Positions 49,028 to 59,710 are shown, counted from the first letter of the stretch. The stretch: 64,000 nucleotides of DNA from an uncultured virus (IMG/VR IMGVR_UViG_3300025881_001848) (IMGVR_UViG_3300025881_001848); one strand, 5' to 3'. The notes: generated from the sequence alone by a model not told the origin. Translations and numbers: made by a program.

Positions 49028-49423
49028 ATGGACTTAGCAGCAATGATCGCGACTAAAGCACAAACAAAAGCCGCACAAGCACAAGCTCAAAAATCAGTTC
49101 GCAATAAAGCATTAACAGAGAAAAGCGACCTACTTATTCCCGTTATCAAAGAATTAAATCCTTCTTTGGAAGAGTTTGGTTTAACAGCATTTTTGCATGC
49201 CGACCCTTCTCACCTTCCATGCCCCGCTATTCATATCAAAATGGCTAGCGGTAGGAATGCAATGGGCGTGTATGACCAAATAAGCGAAATTTTTATGCTG
49301 GACGACGGCAGTTATGCTGCGGGTAGCTGTAATCGTCACGTACACAACTTAACTGATAAAGCCGCACTATTTGAGCATATCGCAGAGAGCATTTCATCTG
49401 CTGTAGCAGCAAAACGGCTGTAG
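49028..49423 (+). CDS. Hypothetical protein
   Basis: Start moved to ATG 49028 after CACACACAGGAG. Confidence 0.7.
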   Translation: MDLAAMIATKAQTKAAQAQAQKSVRNKALTEKSDLLIPVIKELNPSLEEFGLTAFLHADPSHLPCPAIHIKMASGRNAMGVYDQISEIFMLDDGSYAAGSCNRHVHNLTDKAALFEHIAESISSAVAAKRL

Positions 49424-49484
49424 GCGTCATTATGGGCATTTGAGATATAATGCCCTATTACTTATTCCCTATGAGGAACCCTAA

Positions 49485-50006
49485 ATGAATATCATGGTAA
49501 TTGGCTATGGCCGAAGTGGTAAAGGCACGTTTTGTAAGATTGCAAAAGAGTTGTTTAACCTATCATCAATTGCATCTAGCCGTATGGCGTGTGAACTGTT
49601 CCTGTTTGATTTATTCAAAGACAAAATGGGTTATGCTGATGTTGAAGCGTGTTACGCGGATAGGCATAATCATCGTCAGTTGTGGTATGAAGAAATACAG
49701 GCTATCAACAGTCCTGATAAAACCACATTGGGCACCGAAATTTATAAGCGCCATCCTATTTATGATGGTTGCCGTGACAGGGATGAATTTGAAGCCCTTA
49801 AAGCCGCAGGCATGATTGATCTAGTTATTTGGATTGATGCTGGTGAGCGTATTGAGCCTGAGTCGATTAAATCGATGAATCTTACTATTAACGATGCTGA
49901 TGTGGTTATACGTAACCATGATGATGAAGCGTCATATTGCCCTAAAGTAATTAGATTTTTAACGACCCTGATGAACCAGCATAAAGAGGTATCTACTCGT
50001 GGATAA
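49485..50006 (+). CDS. P-loop kinase, phage deoxynucleotide monophosphate kinase-like
   Basis: IGYGRSGKGT P-loop; CYADRHNHR, YDGCR..EF motifs. Confidence 0.7.
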   Translation: MNIMVIGYGRSGKGTFCKIAKELFNLSSIASSRMACELFLFDLFKDKMGYADVEACYADRHNHRQLWYEEIQAINSPDKTTLGTEIYKRHPIYDGCRDRDEFEALKAAGMIDLVIWIDAGERIEPESIKSMNLTINDADVVIRNHDDEASYCPKVIRFLTTLMNQHKEVSTRG

Positions 50007-50259
50007 AGCTGAGATAACGCGCCTTATTGAGCAAGCGGTTAAAGAGCGTGAGCACATGCCGACATATGTATACGCAAGAATGGCCAATGCAGAGATTGCC
50101 AAGGCCGGTAAGTCCCATAAGGTCACGACGACTGAAGCGCGTCGAGTGCTTAGGAAGTTGGAAAAAGAAGGGGTGGTTGCCCTTTCAAAAAGAGATCCCT
50201 ATTACAAGCAGTTGAGCTGGATGATGGCGGGAACAAACCCTTTTAGAGAAGCACGATAA
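49999..50259 (+). CDS. Small winged-helix-like protein
   Basis: TTEARRVLRKLEKEGVV. Confidence 0.55.
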   Translation: MDKAEITRLIEQAVKEREHMPTYVYARMANAEIAKAGKSHKVTTTEARRVLRKLEKEGVVALSKRDPYYKQLSWMMAGTNPFREAR

Positions 50260-50301
50260 TTTAACGAGCATGCCATTGATGGTATTGAAAAGGAATTCGA
50301 A

Positions 50302-50820
50302 GTGAAAAAACAAATAGCAATAGTAATGGCGTTATCCCTGTCTTTAGTCTCGGTTGCCGACGAGCCTAAAAACTCGGCGATTAATATGGCTGCCCAAAAC
50401 GGGGTATCTACGTGCCTGCCTACCGTGGTCGCGTTATCGGATCATGTATTAAAGGACAAGTCCCATAGTACTCATGCTTATTGGCATAGCGAGGGGGATA
50501 AGGCCGATGGTCGCATGTTTAGCGCTATGAACATTAAGTCGTATAGTGATGGTGATGCACATGTAGTGATTACTGCTGCCCAAACGTCCGGTGGTGGGTG
50601 CGATGGATATTACACAGAGACCTTTGCGCTTCCGACGAGCTGTGAGCAATCAAGAGAGCAGATGTTCGCCACGTGGCATTTTGTTAACACAATGGGAAAA
50701 GATACTGTGTTGATGACAAATACGGACAAAACGGCGCATTTATATCTTACTCCGCAAGGCGGTGATATTTGCTTGGTCACAAAGCGTGAAGCCGTGTACC
50801 GAGATATTGCTGATCAGTAG
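50302..50820 (+). CDS. Secreted Cys-containing hypothetical protein
   Basis: Signal peptide; four Cys. Confidence 0.7.
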   Translation: MKKQIAIVMALSLSLVSVADEPKNSAINMAAQNGVSTCLPTVVALSDHVLKDKSHSTHAYWHSEGDKADGRMFSAMNIKSYSDGDAHVVITAAQTSGGGCDGYYTETFALPTSCEQSREQMFATWHFVNTMGKDTVLMTNTDKTAHLYLTPQGGDICLVTKREAVYRDIADQ

Positions 50821-50925
50821 TGTTTTCATTATGATAATAAACAATATAAATGATTGACAAATTATCATTTTAAATGTAATATAGATCCTATAATAGTTAA
50901 TCATTCATAACGACGGAGTTACGTC

Positions 50926-51339
50926 ATGTCTGAGAGTAAAACCCCTTTAAAAGTCAGTGAAGATTACCGGTATTCGCTTGTGTACATTGCCTTATGCAAT
51001 ATCGCTAAGCGTCAACAGGCGACAATCTTACGTATTATAGATTGCATGCACGACAAAGATGTGCAGTTTAGGCTTCGCGTGGCGCTTGAGTCGATTAAGG
51101 AATATCGAGAGAATTTAGCGGTGTTCGCCAAAGGTGCTGTAAAGACACACCCTACCTTGGATGTGTTTGACACGAAAGTATTGGCTGATATGGGGCGTTA
51201 CTTGCGTCTATCTTATACGGTCAATCAACGTGTTAATACTGAAACAGCTGATGCTGTGCATCGTATGTCATTGGAATTCACAAACCTATACAGTTGTTAT
51301 GCACAAAAAGGCGGTATTCCCGTCAACCTTATGGACTAA
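50926..51339 (+). CDS. Hypothetical protein
   Basis: Follows promoter 50854. Confidence 0.65.
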   Translation: MSESKTPLKVSEDYRYSLVYIALCNIAKRQQATILRIIDCMHDKDVQFRLRVALESIKEYRENLAVFAKGAVKTHPTLDVFDTKVLADMGRYLRLSYTVNQRVNTETADAVHRMSLEFTNLYSCYAQKGGIPVNLMD

Positions 51340-51438
51340 AAGAATGATATAAAATTCATTCTGATTTCATTGGCAGCATTTAAAAGGTGAAAATTAGTTT
51401 AGGTGATAGAATGAAAGTAATTAAACAAAGGAGGGTTT

Positions 51439-51786
51439 ATGTCTAAGTCTACGTTAAGGATATTTGGTCTAGCATTATTAGTAAGTCTAGTCTCGTTTTT
51501 ACTAATGTATAGTTACCAACAACTGTCGCCGGAAAAAAGCACTGACATTGAGTTGAATTTACAGGCTTCAGTTATTTATGATTACACGAAATCCGCGAGA
51601 GAAAGTCGAGATTACGCGTATTCGCTATCAAAACTAAATTTGGATACATTAACATGCACGCTAATGGGCACGCAGGGCGTGTGCACAGTGATTGCGAAAA
51701 GCGGTGATATTTTTGTATGGAACACGGTAGATAATGTGTTTGTGCAGCATTTAACCAAAGATGCAATTGCCAACATTCCACTTTAA
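51439..51786 (+). CDS. Membrane-anchored hypothetical protein
   Basis: N-terminal TM; AGGAGG RBS. Confidence 0.65.
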   Translation: MSKSTLRIFGLALLVSLVSFLLMYSYQQLSPEKSTDIELNLQASVIYDYTKSARESRDYAYSLSKLNLDTLTCTLMGTQGVCTVIAKSGDIFVWNTVDNVFVQHLTKDAIANIPL

Positions 51787-51798
51787 GGATATTTACAC

Positions 51799-52044
51799 AT
51801 GCAGTTGACGTGGCAAAAACCAGTAGGGCAACTTGCACCAGGGACGGATGAGTTCCAAGCGTTGTCCGATACGCACTTACTTCAGGCCATTTTTGTCTAC
51901 GGGCATGGTTGGTCGGGTCGATATACTGAGTTGGGTACGTTTGAGGCGGTAAATTTTTCGCTAGACGCGGATCAAGAAATAGAGGCAATGCATCAGGTCG
52001 AAAAGGCTTATGATGCTGCCGTTGATGATAAGGCAAGCGCATGA
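51799..52044 (+). CDS. Hypothetical protein
   Basis: AAGGA RBS. Confidence 0.6.
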   Translation: MQLTWQKPVGQLAPGTDEFQALSDTHLLQAIFVYGHGWSGRYTELGTFEAVNFSLDADQEIEAMHQVEKAYDAAVDDKASA

Positions 52045-52355
52045 AACATAAATCACATAAATTGGGCACCATGATCATTCGAAAAGCCATCCTCCCCATT
52101 GTGATAGCTATTCCTGTGTTGGTGGTTGTCATCGTAGTGTCTGTACCCCAAGTTATTAGCCTTAACACTAAAGCCAAAATGGTTAATATAGTTGAGCAAA
52201 AACGCGTTACTGATCCCCTCTATTTGGGTAAGGTGAAGGCTATTGGGTGTGAAGGTAATTGGTATTCCCCTAGTTGCTTTATTATGAACAAGCAAGGTGT
52301 TACATGGTGGTTTAATGATAAAGGTGATGGTTTCGAGAAAAGAGGGGAACAATAA
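52041..52355 (+). CDS. Membrane-anchored hypothetical protein
   Basis: TM plus Cys pair; ATGA overlap. Confidence 0.6.
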   Translation: MKHKSHKLGTMIIRKAILPIVIAIPVLVVVIVVSVPQVISLNTKAKMVNIVEQKRVTDPLYLGKVKAIGCEGNWYSPSCFIMNKQGVTWWFNDKGDGFEKRGEQ

Positions 52356-52588
52356 TGATGGATATGATTGCGTGGATAAGGCAGATACGCAGTGAACTTA
52401 AGTGCGGTGTCGTGCAATTTGAAGCCCTTCAAAACGCCGTAGAGATAACATTAGGTCGTTATGTTGACGGTGAGTTACATAGTATGGTCGAGCGCATACT
52501 GTTTGATGAGTTAGATGAAGCCGGTGATGTTTGTCTTGAACTTGTTGTTTCACAATTTAAAGCAAAATTTCCGCAGTTAAAATACTAA
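52355..52588 (+). CDS. Hypothetical protein
   Basis: Translational coupling. Confidence 0.55.
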   Translation: MMDMIAWIRQIRSELKCGVVQFEALQNAVEITLGRYVDGELHSMVERILFDELDEAGDVCLELVVSQFKAKFPQLKY

Positions 52589-52659
52589 AAAAGATTGACA
52601 AATAATATCATTTTGATAAACTGTGTGTATTGAAGAAATCCACACACAAGGCGAATATT

Positions 52660-53079
52660 ATGTCAGTAGCTAAAACACTCATTAATTTAAACGGTCAGCG
52701 CGTGACTAAGCGAGTTACGGGTATTCATACCGTAGAAACGTTGGACGCATTCCGCGAAGAACTCAAAGCCAATCTTGCACTAAACGAAGCACATTTAGCT
52801 CAAAAGGGTTTAAGTGCTGACGATTTAAAAGAGGAAGACACTAAGTTCACATTAGGTCAGTACTTCTGGTTTAAGCCAAAGTTAAAGGCTGAAGAAACGG
52901 GTGTGCTGCATGTGCGCTCAAAAGATTACTTCTTTGTGCCCGATGGCACTGAAAGTAAAGTGTATGGTGACAAGAAAGGTTTCGCTTATTCCATAGATCT
53001 TACTAAAGTAGAAAAACCACTATTACAAGATGTTAAAGCTAATAAAGGCGCGTTAGTGTCTTTTGAGCTAGTCGCGTAG
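52660..53079 (+). CDS. Hypothetical protein
   Basis: Start moved to 52660 after promoter 52595 and CACACACAAGG. Confidence 0.7.
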   Translation: MSVAKTLINLNGQRVTKRVTGIHTVETLDAFREELKANLALNEAHLAQKGLSADDLKEEDTKFTLGQYFWFKPKLKAEETGVLHVRSKDYFFVPDGTESKVYGDKKGFAYSIDLTKVEKPLLQDVKANKGALVSFELVA

Positions 53080-53083
53080 ATTT

Positions 53084-53617
53084 ATGACATCCTCCTATTC
53101 TCATATACAAGGCAGACTTATGTTAACGACATTAAATAAACTCAATCAGGCGCTTATCATACAAATGACGGCACAAATTATTAATAATGATTTAGTGCTA
53201 GATGATCAAATAGTATCCGCACGGGCATGCATTGAAGCTGTTTGTAAGGGGAAGATACGACTATGTTTGGATGATGATCATACTCGCTCGGCGCAAGATT
53301 TAGCAGACGACTGTGATGCATTTTCCCCTGAAGCTAACCCCAGTGTACCTCGTAAAACGATATTAAAAGAACGCGCTGCATTTATCGCTAAGGTGAGCCG
53401 CCAAGGTATTAAGGTGTCCACAATGGAATATTGGACGGGCAGAGACTGGGAAGGTCTGTTGGGTATTGAGAATAATGCCATCGGTGGTTTTGTTGGCGAA
53501 GATATAATGGGTTCAGGCTATGAGCTGCAATTAATGCAGTCGGCATTAATCGCCTACAACAAACAATCATTAGATGAGCATGGCACCGTCATAGATCCTT
53601 ACTTAAGTGTCGCTTAA
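53084..53617 (+). CDS. Hypothetical protein
   Basis: 177-aa ORF (may start at 53120). Confidence 0.65.
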   Translation: MTSSYSHIQGRLMLTTLNKLNQALIIQMTAQIINNDLVLDDQIVSARACIEAVCKGKIRLCLDDDHTRSAQDLADDCDAFSPEANPSVPRKTILKERAAFIAKVSRQGIKVSTMEYWTGRDWEGLLGIENNAIGGFVGEDIMGSGYELQLMQSALIAYNKQSLDEHGTVIDPYLSVA

Positions 53618-53922
53618 CACGGCACATGAGATCAGAGTAAATATGTGGCTATTTGTGATAGGTTTAGTTAAGCCTAAAAGGATTTTGCCGATAACATTCT
53701 TGTGAGTGTTATTCACAAAAGCAGGCAGTTTGTTAGCAGGTCTTTAATGCGCTTTGTAAATGGATATAACGACCGCTGGTGGGTAGCCATAAAACCAATT
53801 TTTTAACAGGTAACTGAGAAAAGCGTTGTAACGCGAGAAGCGCCCTATGGGTAACGTGCTCGGTCAGTGTGGTAACAAAACAGTTGCCGGTTAAATAATT
53901 TCAAATTCGATGTATTTCAAAA

Positions 53923-54687
53923 ATGGGAAAAAGCATGGCGCAAGTTACTAAAATTTTACAAAACTCCCCCGTTAACCCTGAGTCTTTTGAGTCACGTGTT
54001 GATGTATGGGCGAACTATTTTCATGCCAAAAGCGTGCTAAAGAGCAAGCATCATTTAACTGCTTTTTTTATTGATAGCGCCATTCATTTAGTAAAGGATA
54101 ATGGGTGCACGCAAAAGGATGCGCGGCTGCTTGTGGATTATGTTTTCAGCCGTCCTACTGGCGACACTTACCAAGAAATTGGCGGCGTCATGGTCACATT
54201 GGCCTGTTTGTGTAGCGCATCGGGTATCAATATGCACGATGACGGCGAAGCAGAATTATCAAGCATATGTACCAATCCAATTATGCGCCCGATGGCGGTG
54301 ATTGATATTACTGAGCAAGATACCTTTCAATCCCGTGTCGTGCCATGGTTAAAACACTGTTTTGGAGAGGAAATAGCGGCCGATAGAGTAGAGCGAAATC
54401 ATCGTTTTTTGGAAGAGTCATTGGAGTTAGTACAAGCTGAAGGTGTCACCGCTGAGCAAGCGCATTACTGGGTGGCAGAGGCTTATAAGAAAGAAGCTTT
54501 ATCACCACAACCGGCCTTAAGCGTTGGCAATGTCATGGTGAATTTAGCGGTTCTATGTCGCTCCCTGGGGTTGTGCATGCATGAGAATGCGGATATTGAG
54601 CTTGCTCGTATTTGGACGAAGGTTGAGAAAATTCGTCACAAGCAAAAGACCAAACCTAAGCATTCACCCTTGCCGATGGCGCAGTAA
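53923..54687 (+). CDS. Protein with two tandem copies of an all-helical, possibly MazG-like, domain
   Basis: SFESRVDVW..QEIGGVMVTLACLC versus TFQSRVVPW..RFLEESLELVQA..VGNVMVNLAVLC. Confidence 0.65.
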   Translation: MGKSMAQVTKILQNSPVNPESFESRVDVWANYFHAKSVLKSKHHLTAFFIDSAIHLVKDNGCTQKDARLLVDYVFSRPTGDTYQEIGGVMVTLACLCSASGINMHDDGEAELSSICTNPIMRPMAVIDITEQDTFQSRVVPWLKHCFGEEIAADRVERNHRFLEESLELVQAEGVTAEQAHYWVAEAYKKEALSPQPALSVGNVMVNLAVLCRSLGLCMHENADIELARIWTKVEKIRHKQKTKPKHSPLPMAQ

Positions 54688-54688
54688 A

Positions 54689-54994
54689 ATGAGTCAGCTC
54701 AAGGAGGGGGTTTATGAACATCATAGCGGTGCCCGTTATCATGTAGTGTGCACAGGTACGCATTTGCTAGATGGAAATGAGCCTGAGTGTGTCGTTTATC
54801 GAGATTTAAAAACAGGGGTTTACTGGTCAAGGCCGGTGGTTGATTTTGCTATGCCGTGGGTGGGCGAGCCACCTATTGTGAGGCGGTCGAATAATTCAGT
54901 TAAGACGAACGTAGAAGCGACAAAGCCTAATTATCCGGTGCGCACATTCTGGCAAAAGGAAAGTGGGTGGTTTTGGCTCGAAGAACCTCAGTAA
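54689..54994 (+). CDS. DUF1653-like protein
   Basis: GVYEHHSGARYHV...VVYRDL...WSRPV..F. Confidence 0.7.
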   Translation: MSQLKEGVYEHHSGARYHVVCTGTHLLDGNEPECVVYRDLKTGVYWSRPVVDFAMPWVGEPPIVRRSNNSVKTNVEATKPNYPVRTFWQKESGWFWLEEPQ

Positions 54995-55015
54995 AATTAA
55001 CATTAATAAGATGAT

Positions 55016-55044
55016 AAAAAGGCGCTGTTAAATAGCGCCTTTTT
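55016..55044. terminator. Bidirectional Rho-independent terminator
   Basis: AAAAAGGCGCT-GTTAAAT-AGCGCCTTTTT. Confidence 0.8.
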
Positions 55045-55070
55045 GGTTTTCGTGACAATTTAACACACTG

Positions 55071-55598
55071 TTATTTTTCTACCCACACATTCGCGCCTTG
55101 AACGATGGCATTGCTAAACTGAATGCCTTGGATAGACTCACCAGTATCTTTATAGTAGAAAAACGGCTTATCTTCATTAAAAGGGTTGTAGGTGACGGCT
55201 CGCATACCGCTTAACTCAGTAATATGCGCGTCAAACGCATCGACCAGTGTGGCTCTTACATGCGCGTGTACGTTGCGCACTTGGTCGGATAATACTCTTA
55301 ATCTGCCCGTACCCACAAAGAACGCTGCATCTTTAAGCGCATAACATTTTGCATAACCGGCCACGAGGTTTTTGAACTCCCCCGATTTTGCTTTTGCAGA
55401 GAAGAACTCAGGTTTATTTAAGTTGCGATACACATCGACCTTTTCCCCGACTGTTAAGTGCCGCTTAAACGCTTGTCCTTTGTTTTTAATCACTGAGTGC
55501 ATGCGATTGTTCTGCATAACACTGTTAACGCCTTGGTGACGTTGTTTGGTACTAATAGGTTCGAGTTGTGTGTCGAACATTGATAGTTGCTGTTGCAT
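55071..55598 (-). CDS. Conserved phage-like hypothetical protein
   Basis: VYRNL..FS / GR.RV...RNVHA / VTYNPF..FFY motifs; start moved to 55598. Confidence 0.7.
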   Translation of the reverse strand: MQQQLSMFDTQLEPISTKQRHQGVNSVMQNNRMHSVIKNKGQAFKRHLTVGEKVDVYRNLNKPEFFSAKAKSGEFKNLVAGYAKCYALKDAAFFVGTGRLRVLSDQVRNVHAHVRATLVDAFDAHITELSGMRAVTYNPFNEDKPFFYYKDTGESIQGIQFSNAIVQGANVWVEK

Positions 55599-55722
55599 AA
55601 TTGTCTCCTCGTGCGTACCAATATAGTACATTAAAAAGTAAAAATGTCCAGCTAAAAACACCGATTCTAAAAAATTAAATGATTGACAAAGTAGGGTTTA
55701 ATGATAAAGTAAGCTTATATTT

Positions 55723-56130
55723 ATGATGGGGGAATGTATGAACGAACAATTACAAAAAGCGGTTGCAACGTCGATAGAAAAAGAAGGTGTAGCAGAAACG
55801 GCGATGTCACTGTGTAGTATGTTATCTGCAATTGCCGAGACACATGGCGACATTACTCACGCCGATACTAAAGGAACGGTGACGGTGAAAGCCAGTGTAC
55901 CGAATAACCCAAAACGAGCGGTCAGCAAAGATTCTGTTGTCGCAGCGGCACATTATCATTTAGCGATTGTGCAACGATACCGTGAATATTTCACAACTGC
56001 TTGTACGAGTATCAAAAATGAAACAGTGACACACTCGGAACTTGACGCCTTGACAATACCGGCGAATAACATGATTTCACAACTGGAAGAAATGTTGCAA
56101 GCCATCACAAGGAAAAAGAAAATAGATTGA
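55723..56130 (+). CDS. Hypothetical protein
   Basis: Follows promoter 55683. Confidence 0.6.
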   Translation: MMGECMNEQLQKAVATSIEKEGVAETAMSLCSMLSAIAETHGDITHADTKGTVTVKASVPNNPKRAVSKDSVVAAAHYHLAIVQRYREYFTTACTSIKNETVTHSELDALTIPANNMISQLEEMLQAITRKKKID

Positions 56131-56191
56131 CAAGATTATCATAATGAACTATACTTACCTTAGTTAATTGAAACACACAACCGAGGTGATT

Positions 56192-56632
56192 ATGAAATAT
56201 TTAGTGCTAGCATTTATTGTAATAGGGGCTATTTCAGCCGCCGCCATTTCACAGAAAAAAGATAGCTTGAGTGACCGTATTACGCAAAACTTTGTAAAAA
56301 TATATGCGCCAGCTGTCGAAGCCCAAGCCTTTGCAACCATCAATTCAGTAGATCCCTCTATGCGCGTCAGCGTAAGTGCCGATGATATGATGAGTGACTT
56401 ATCTAGCTATGCCTATGGTGATAGTGTTAAGCGCCCCTTGTTAATGTCAGATGTTAGTGTTGAGGGGACTATATACGGTATGCAAGGGAACTGGATGTCA
56501 ATTATCAGTTTAAAGTGCGAGAAAGGTCGGAATTACTTGTCTGAGCAACTTTATAGTCATAGGGTGTCGGGGTTTCGCTACTCAACCTCTGACAAATGGG
56601 TGGAAAACGCAAAAACAATGTGCGGTATATAA
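56192..56632 (+). CDS. Secreted or membrane-anchored hypothetical protein
   Basis: Signal-like N-terminus; GAGGTG RBS. Confidence 0.65.
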   Translation: MKYLVLAFIVIGAISAAAISQKKDSLSDRITQNFVKIYAPAVEAQAFATINSVDPSMRVSVSADDMMSDLSSYAYGDSVKRPLLMSDVSVEGTIYGMQGNWMSIISLKCEKGRNYLSEQLYSHRVSGFRYSTSDKWVENAKTMCGI

Positions 56633-56741
56633 CCGCCATCCCCTGCTGTATTTTTTACGCAGGGTGATAACTATTTAAAATTCCCTGTTATGTTTAATGT
56701 ATTGAAAGATGCATTTCCCCTTATTGTAATTGAGAAACTAT

Positions 56742-57290
56742 ATGACTACACAAAAGACCAGATATGTGACGGTGGTAATTGCCATCAGTGATAATGATAA
56801 AATAGCTCCGCTGATGACACAATTAAGTGATTCCATGTCAGATGGCGATTTGAAGGCTGATGGCTTTCAGGTGGTGGGCATGTCTCGCGGTGATGAAATG
56901 AACCGCTTAGAACTAGTTGAAGAAGCGGTTGAACGCAATGATATGGACACTGTCAGGAAAGTAATCAACGCGAATGAGGTGTGTGGTGAAAGCCAGTTCG
57001 ATGTTGTGGTACGCGTAACCTTTACCCTGCCGACTAGCGAAGTGGAAGATTGGGAAGGACGCTGCCCTAAATGGGAAATTTCAGATTGCAGCAATCAGGA
57101 TGGTACGTCCACAGCACGCATGGATAGAGTGTGCAGGATTGGCGCTTATACACGAGAACAAGCGTCTAAAAGAGCGCTTGACTATGTAGAGGTTGATGGA
57201 CCTTCATTGGGTACGAATATTACTGCCGAAAATATCCAGTATTGGGTGGATTCAGACAATGACGACGACATTATATTGGTCGAAGTATGA
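56742..57290 (+). CDS. Hypothetical protein
   Basis: About 182-aa ORF. Confidence 0.65.
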   Translation: MTTQKTRYVTVVIAISDNDKIAPLMTQLSDSMSDGDLKADGFQVVGMSRGDEMNRLELVEEAVERNDMDTVRKVINANEVCGESQFDVVVRVTFTLPTSEVEDWEGRCPKWEISDCSNQDGTSTARMDRVCRIGAYTREQASKRALDYVEVDGPSLGTNITAENIQYWVDSDNDDDIILVEV

Positions 57291-57441
57291 AGATCTACAC
57301 CGTTCTTGGGATAATTGCCCTCGTGGCTTTATTATTTATTGTAAACAGCATCAAAGTGCTTATTAGTATGCTGCCAATTTTGGTGCTGGTAATTGCGGCA
57401 TTTTATGGTTTTCGATGGCTTAAAGGGAAAAAGGGATCGCC

Positions 57442-57927
57442 ATGATAGAAAAGTATAACGGAGAATTGGATAAAGTTGATCCTGTCGCGCTGGGTGTTAA
57501 CCTTCGTACAGAGGATAAAAGCTATTGTGACCGCGAACACGATCCTACCGATAATTTTTATGGTGCAGACGATGAAGCTGAGAAATTTTTACATCAATTT
57601 TTTAAAGATATAGAAAAAGGTTGGCGACGTGAAGATAGGCGTTTGGCTAAAATAAAGTACCTAAAGCAATTACCTGCATTTCAACAAAGCTTACCCAAAT
57701 TAGGTGAGCTTGTGTTTATCGAGTTTCCTAGTAACAAAGGCCGTTGTTTCCCCTGTGTGGTTGAGTATATTCCGCCAGAGCGAGACAAGGTGCTCGTGCG
57801 ATTAACGGATGGTGACGCCAGTTATGGCCAAAGCAATTTGCGCTTAGAAGGGTATGACTACCCTGGCGAGTTTATTAAATTACACCGAGAAGCGCCTGAA
57901 GGGCATAAAGTAGGATCAGAGCGTTGA
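57442..57927 (+). CDS. Hypothetical protein
   Basis: 161-aa ORF. Confidence 0.65.
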   Translation: MIEKYNGELDKVDPVALGVNLRTEDKSYCDREHDPTDNFYGADDEAEKFLHQFFKDIEKGWRREDRRLAKIKYLKQLPAFQQSLPKLGELVFIEFPSNKGRCFPCVVEYIPPERDKVLVRLTDGDASYGQSNLRLEGYDYPGEFIKLHREAPEGHKVGSER

Positions 57928-58220
57928 ATTTAAGCACGCTAAAACCTCTTTGTGAGCGATGTTTGCTATTGTCAAAGCAGTTGACAGATCCAGATAAAAT
58001 TAAGCGTGTAGAAGGGCTTATAGACACCTTGCTTGCTAATGTAGATTGGCCAGATTTAAAAATTGGTGTATGGCTGGGATCTGCTGAGACTATATTGATT
58101 GAAAACGGAGTGAGCAGCTATGAGGCAGAGCGAGATTTCTCTAGGCCGATTAAGCATGCTTATTTCACTTCTATTGGTGAGCCGATACCGGCCACTACAA
58201 ATGTAATGGAAAATGAATGA
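57924..58220 (+). CDS. Hypothetical protein
   Basis: Overlapping start and stop codons. Confidence 0.6.
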   Translation: MNLSTLKPLCERCLLLSKQLTDPDKIKRVEGLIDTLLANVDWPDLKIGVWLGSAETILIENGVSSYEAERDFSRPIKHAYFTSIGEPIPATTNVMENE

Positions 58221-58909
58221 CTGATTTTCAGCACAAGGTGCGGCCGATTATATTAAATGCCGACATGGTGAATGCCTTATTGTCAGGTAAAAAGACAGTG
58301 ACCCGTCTGCCAATCAAGGGAGATGTCCAGTTTTCTGAGCGAAGCGGGTTTAGCGTCGTGAACAAACTCGGTGTGCGAATGTCATGTGGTTTGGGTTTTA
58401 CGCCACAAGAAACGCAACAGAATTTTATTAATGGCCGGTGCCCAATTGCCGTGGGCGATTTGTTGTGGGTGCGTGAGACATTTAAAATGAAGTTAAACAA
58501 CTACAATGATTTAAAAGGCGAATATTGCGCTGAGTATGCTGCTGATGGTGGTTGTCGCTTGATGGATGCAAATATTGATAATAACGACCACCTTGCTTAT
58601 GCTGTTTTGAAAGATACGTGGACGCCATCAATACACATGCCTAAGTATGCTAATAGATTAGTGCTGAAGGTGAAGCGAATTAGTGTTGAGAGAGTGCAAT
58701 CAATTACCGATAAACAAGCGGTGGCTGAAGGTATGCCTAGTGCTGAGGAAGCGCAAGCCATGGCGATAGATGCGAATATGACGTGGTATCAAAAGCCGAA
58801 GGTGTGGTATAAGTCACTATGGGAAAAGTTATATGGCACGTGGGATGATGACCCTTATGTGTGGTGCATTGAGTTTGATGTGATTGACAAGAATATTGAG
58901 GAAGTTTAA
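58217..58909 (+). CDS. Phage ASCH-like domain protein
   Basis: RPII..MV.ALL.GKKT.TR, GDLLWVRET, WTPSIHMP, VERVQ.I...A.AEG, PYVW.IEF. Confidence 0.75.
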   Translation: MTDFQHKVRPIILNADMVNALLSGKKTVTRLPIKGDVQFSERSGFSVVNKLGVRMSCGLGFTPQETQQNFINGRCPIAVGDLLWVRETFKMKLNNYNDLKGEYCAEYAADGGCRLMDANIDNNDHLAYAVLKDTWTPSIHMPKYANRLVLKVKRISVERVQSITDKQAVAEGMPSAEEAQAMAIDANMTWYQKPKVWYKSLWEKLYGTWDDDPYVWCIEFDVIDKNIEEV

Positions 58910-58966
58910 ATTGCCTCAATACACGGCTATTAAGCGAGTGGCTGCCCACTCGCATTGTTTATCTAG

Positions 58967-59569
58967 TTAATATTCTTCGTGTTCTGGGTACATAAACCCT
59001 TGATACTCACAACTTCCGCTTTTACCTTCATGCTCGTATTTGGCGACAGGGTTAAATGACAGTTTTATGTGGTGAGTGATCGTCATAAGATCGCTTATCT
59101 TTAACGTATTTATTCCTAGCAGTTCTGTTATATCGCGGATATCATTAATCGATTTACCGTCAAAAAATGAGACTGGTTCTGCGTAAGTTTTAACGACTTT
59201 TACTTTTATTTTTCCGAACTTTTCAGTCAGCAAGGTTTTGATGTGCTCAACTAACACGAAAGATACATCGTAAAATACAAAGTTTTTGCCAAGTTGGTAT
59301 ATTTTAAAACTATCTGAGTCGAGGTAAACACCGGCCACTCTAATGTCTTCTGGGTCGGAATATTTGGGAATAGGGATGTTTTGTCGAGCTAACCAGTTAT
59401 AGACATCTACGCCACCAAAAACGCCATACCCTCCATAATTTTCTTCTTCGAGGTTGGGTTGTCCATCTGGCATTAAAAAGAACACTTTTTTGCCCGTATT
59501 TTCATGCTCTGCAAATTCGCAAGGGATTGATTCGTCGGTGTCGCATGTGGTAAAGCTAAATAAACCCAT
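58967..59569 (-). CDS. Hypothetical protein
   Basis: MGLFSF..DT..SI, YGGYGVFGG.D.Y, C-terminal YQGF; follows promoter 59630. Confidence 0.7.
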   Translation of the reverse strand: MGLFSFTTCDTDESIPCEFAEHENTGKKVFFLMPDGQPNLEEENYGGYGVFGGVDVYNWLARQNIPIPKYSDPEDIRVAGVYLDSDSFKIYQLGKNFVFYDVSFVLVEHIKTLLTEKFGKIKVKVVKTYAEPVSFFDGKSINDIRDITELLGINTLKISDLMTITHHIKLSFNPVAKYEHEGKSGSCEYQGFMYPEHEEY

Positions 59570-59710
59570 AGTGGTCTCCGGTGTGTGATGTAGTGAGTAA
59601 TAATATTATCATAATGAATTAATATGTCAATCATTTTATCTTTATAAATAACATTGGGTATTGCTGTCATTGTGATAAGTTTTGCTTAATGGTATATAAC
59701 AAGGAATCCC

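Noticed and set aside
58882..58892. GATTGACAAG near the end of the ASCH-like gene as another promoter copy
   Set aside because: It is inside a CDS, has no operator or -10 box, and faces a convergent gene
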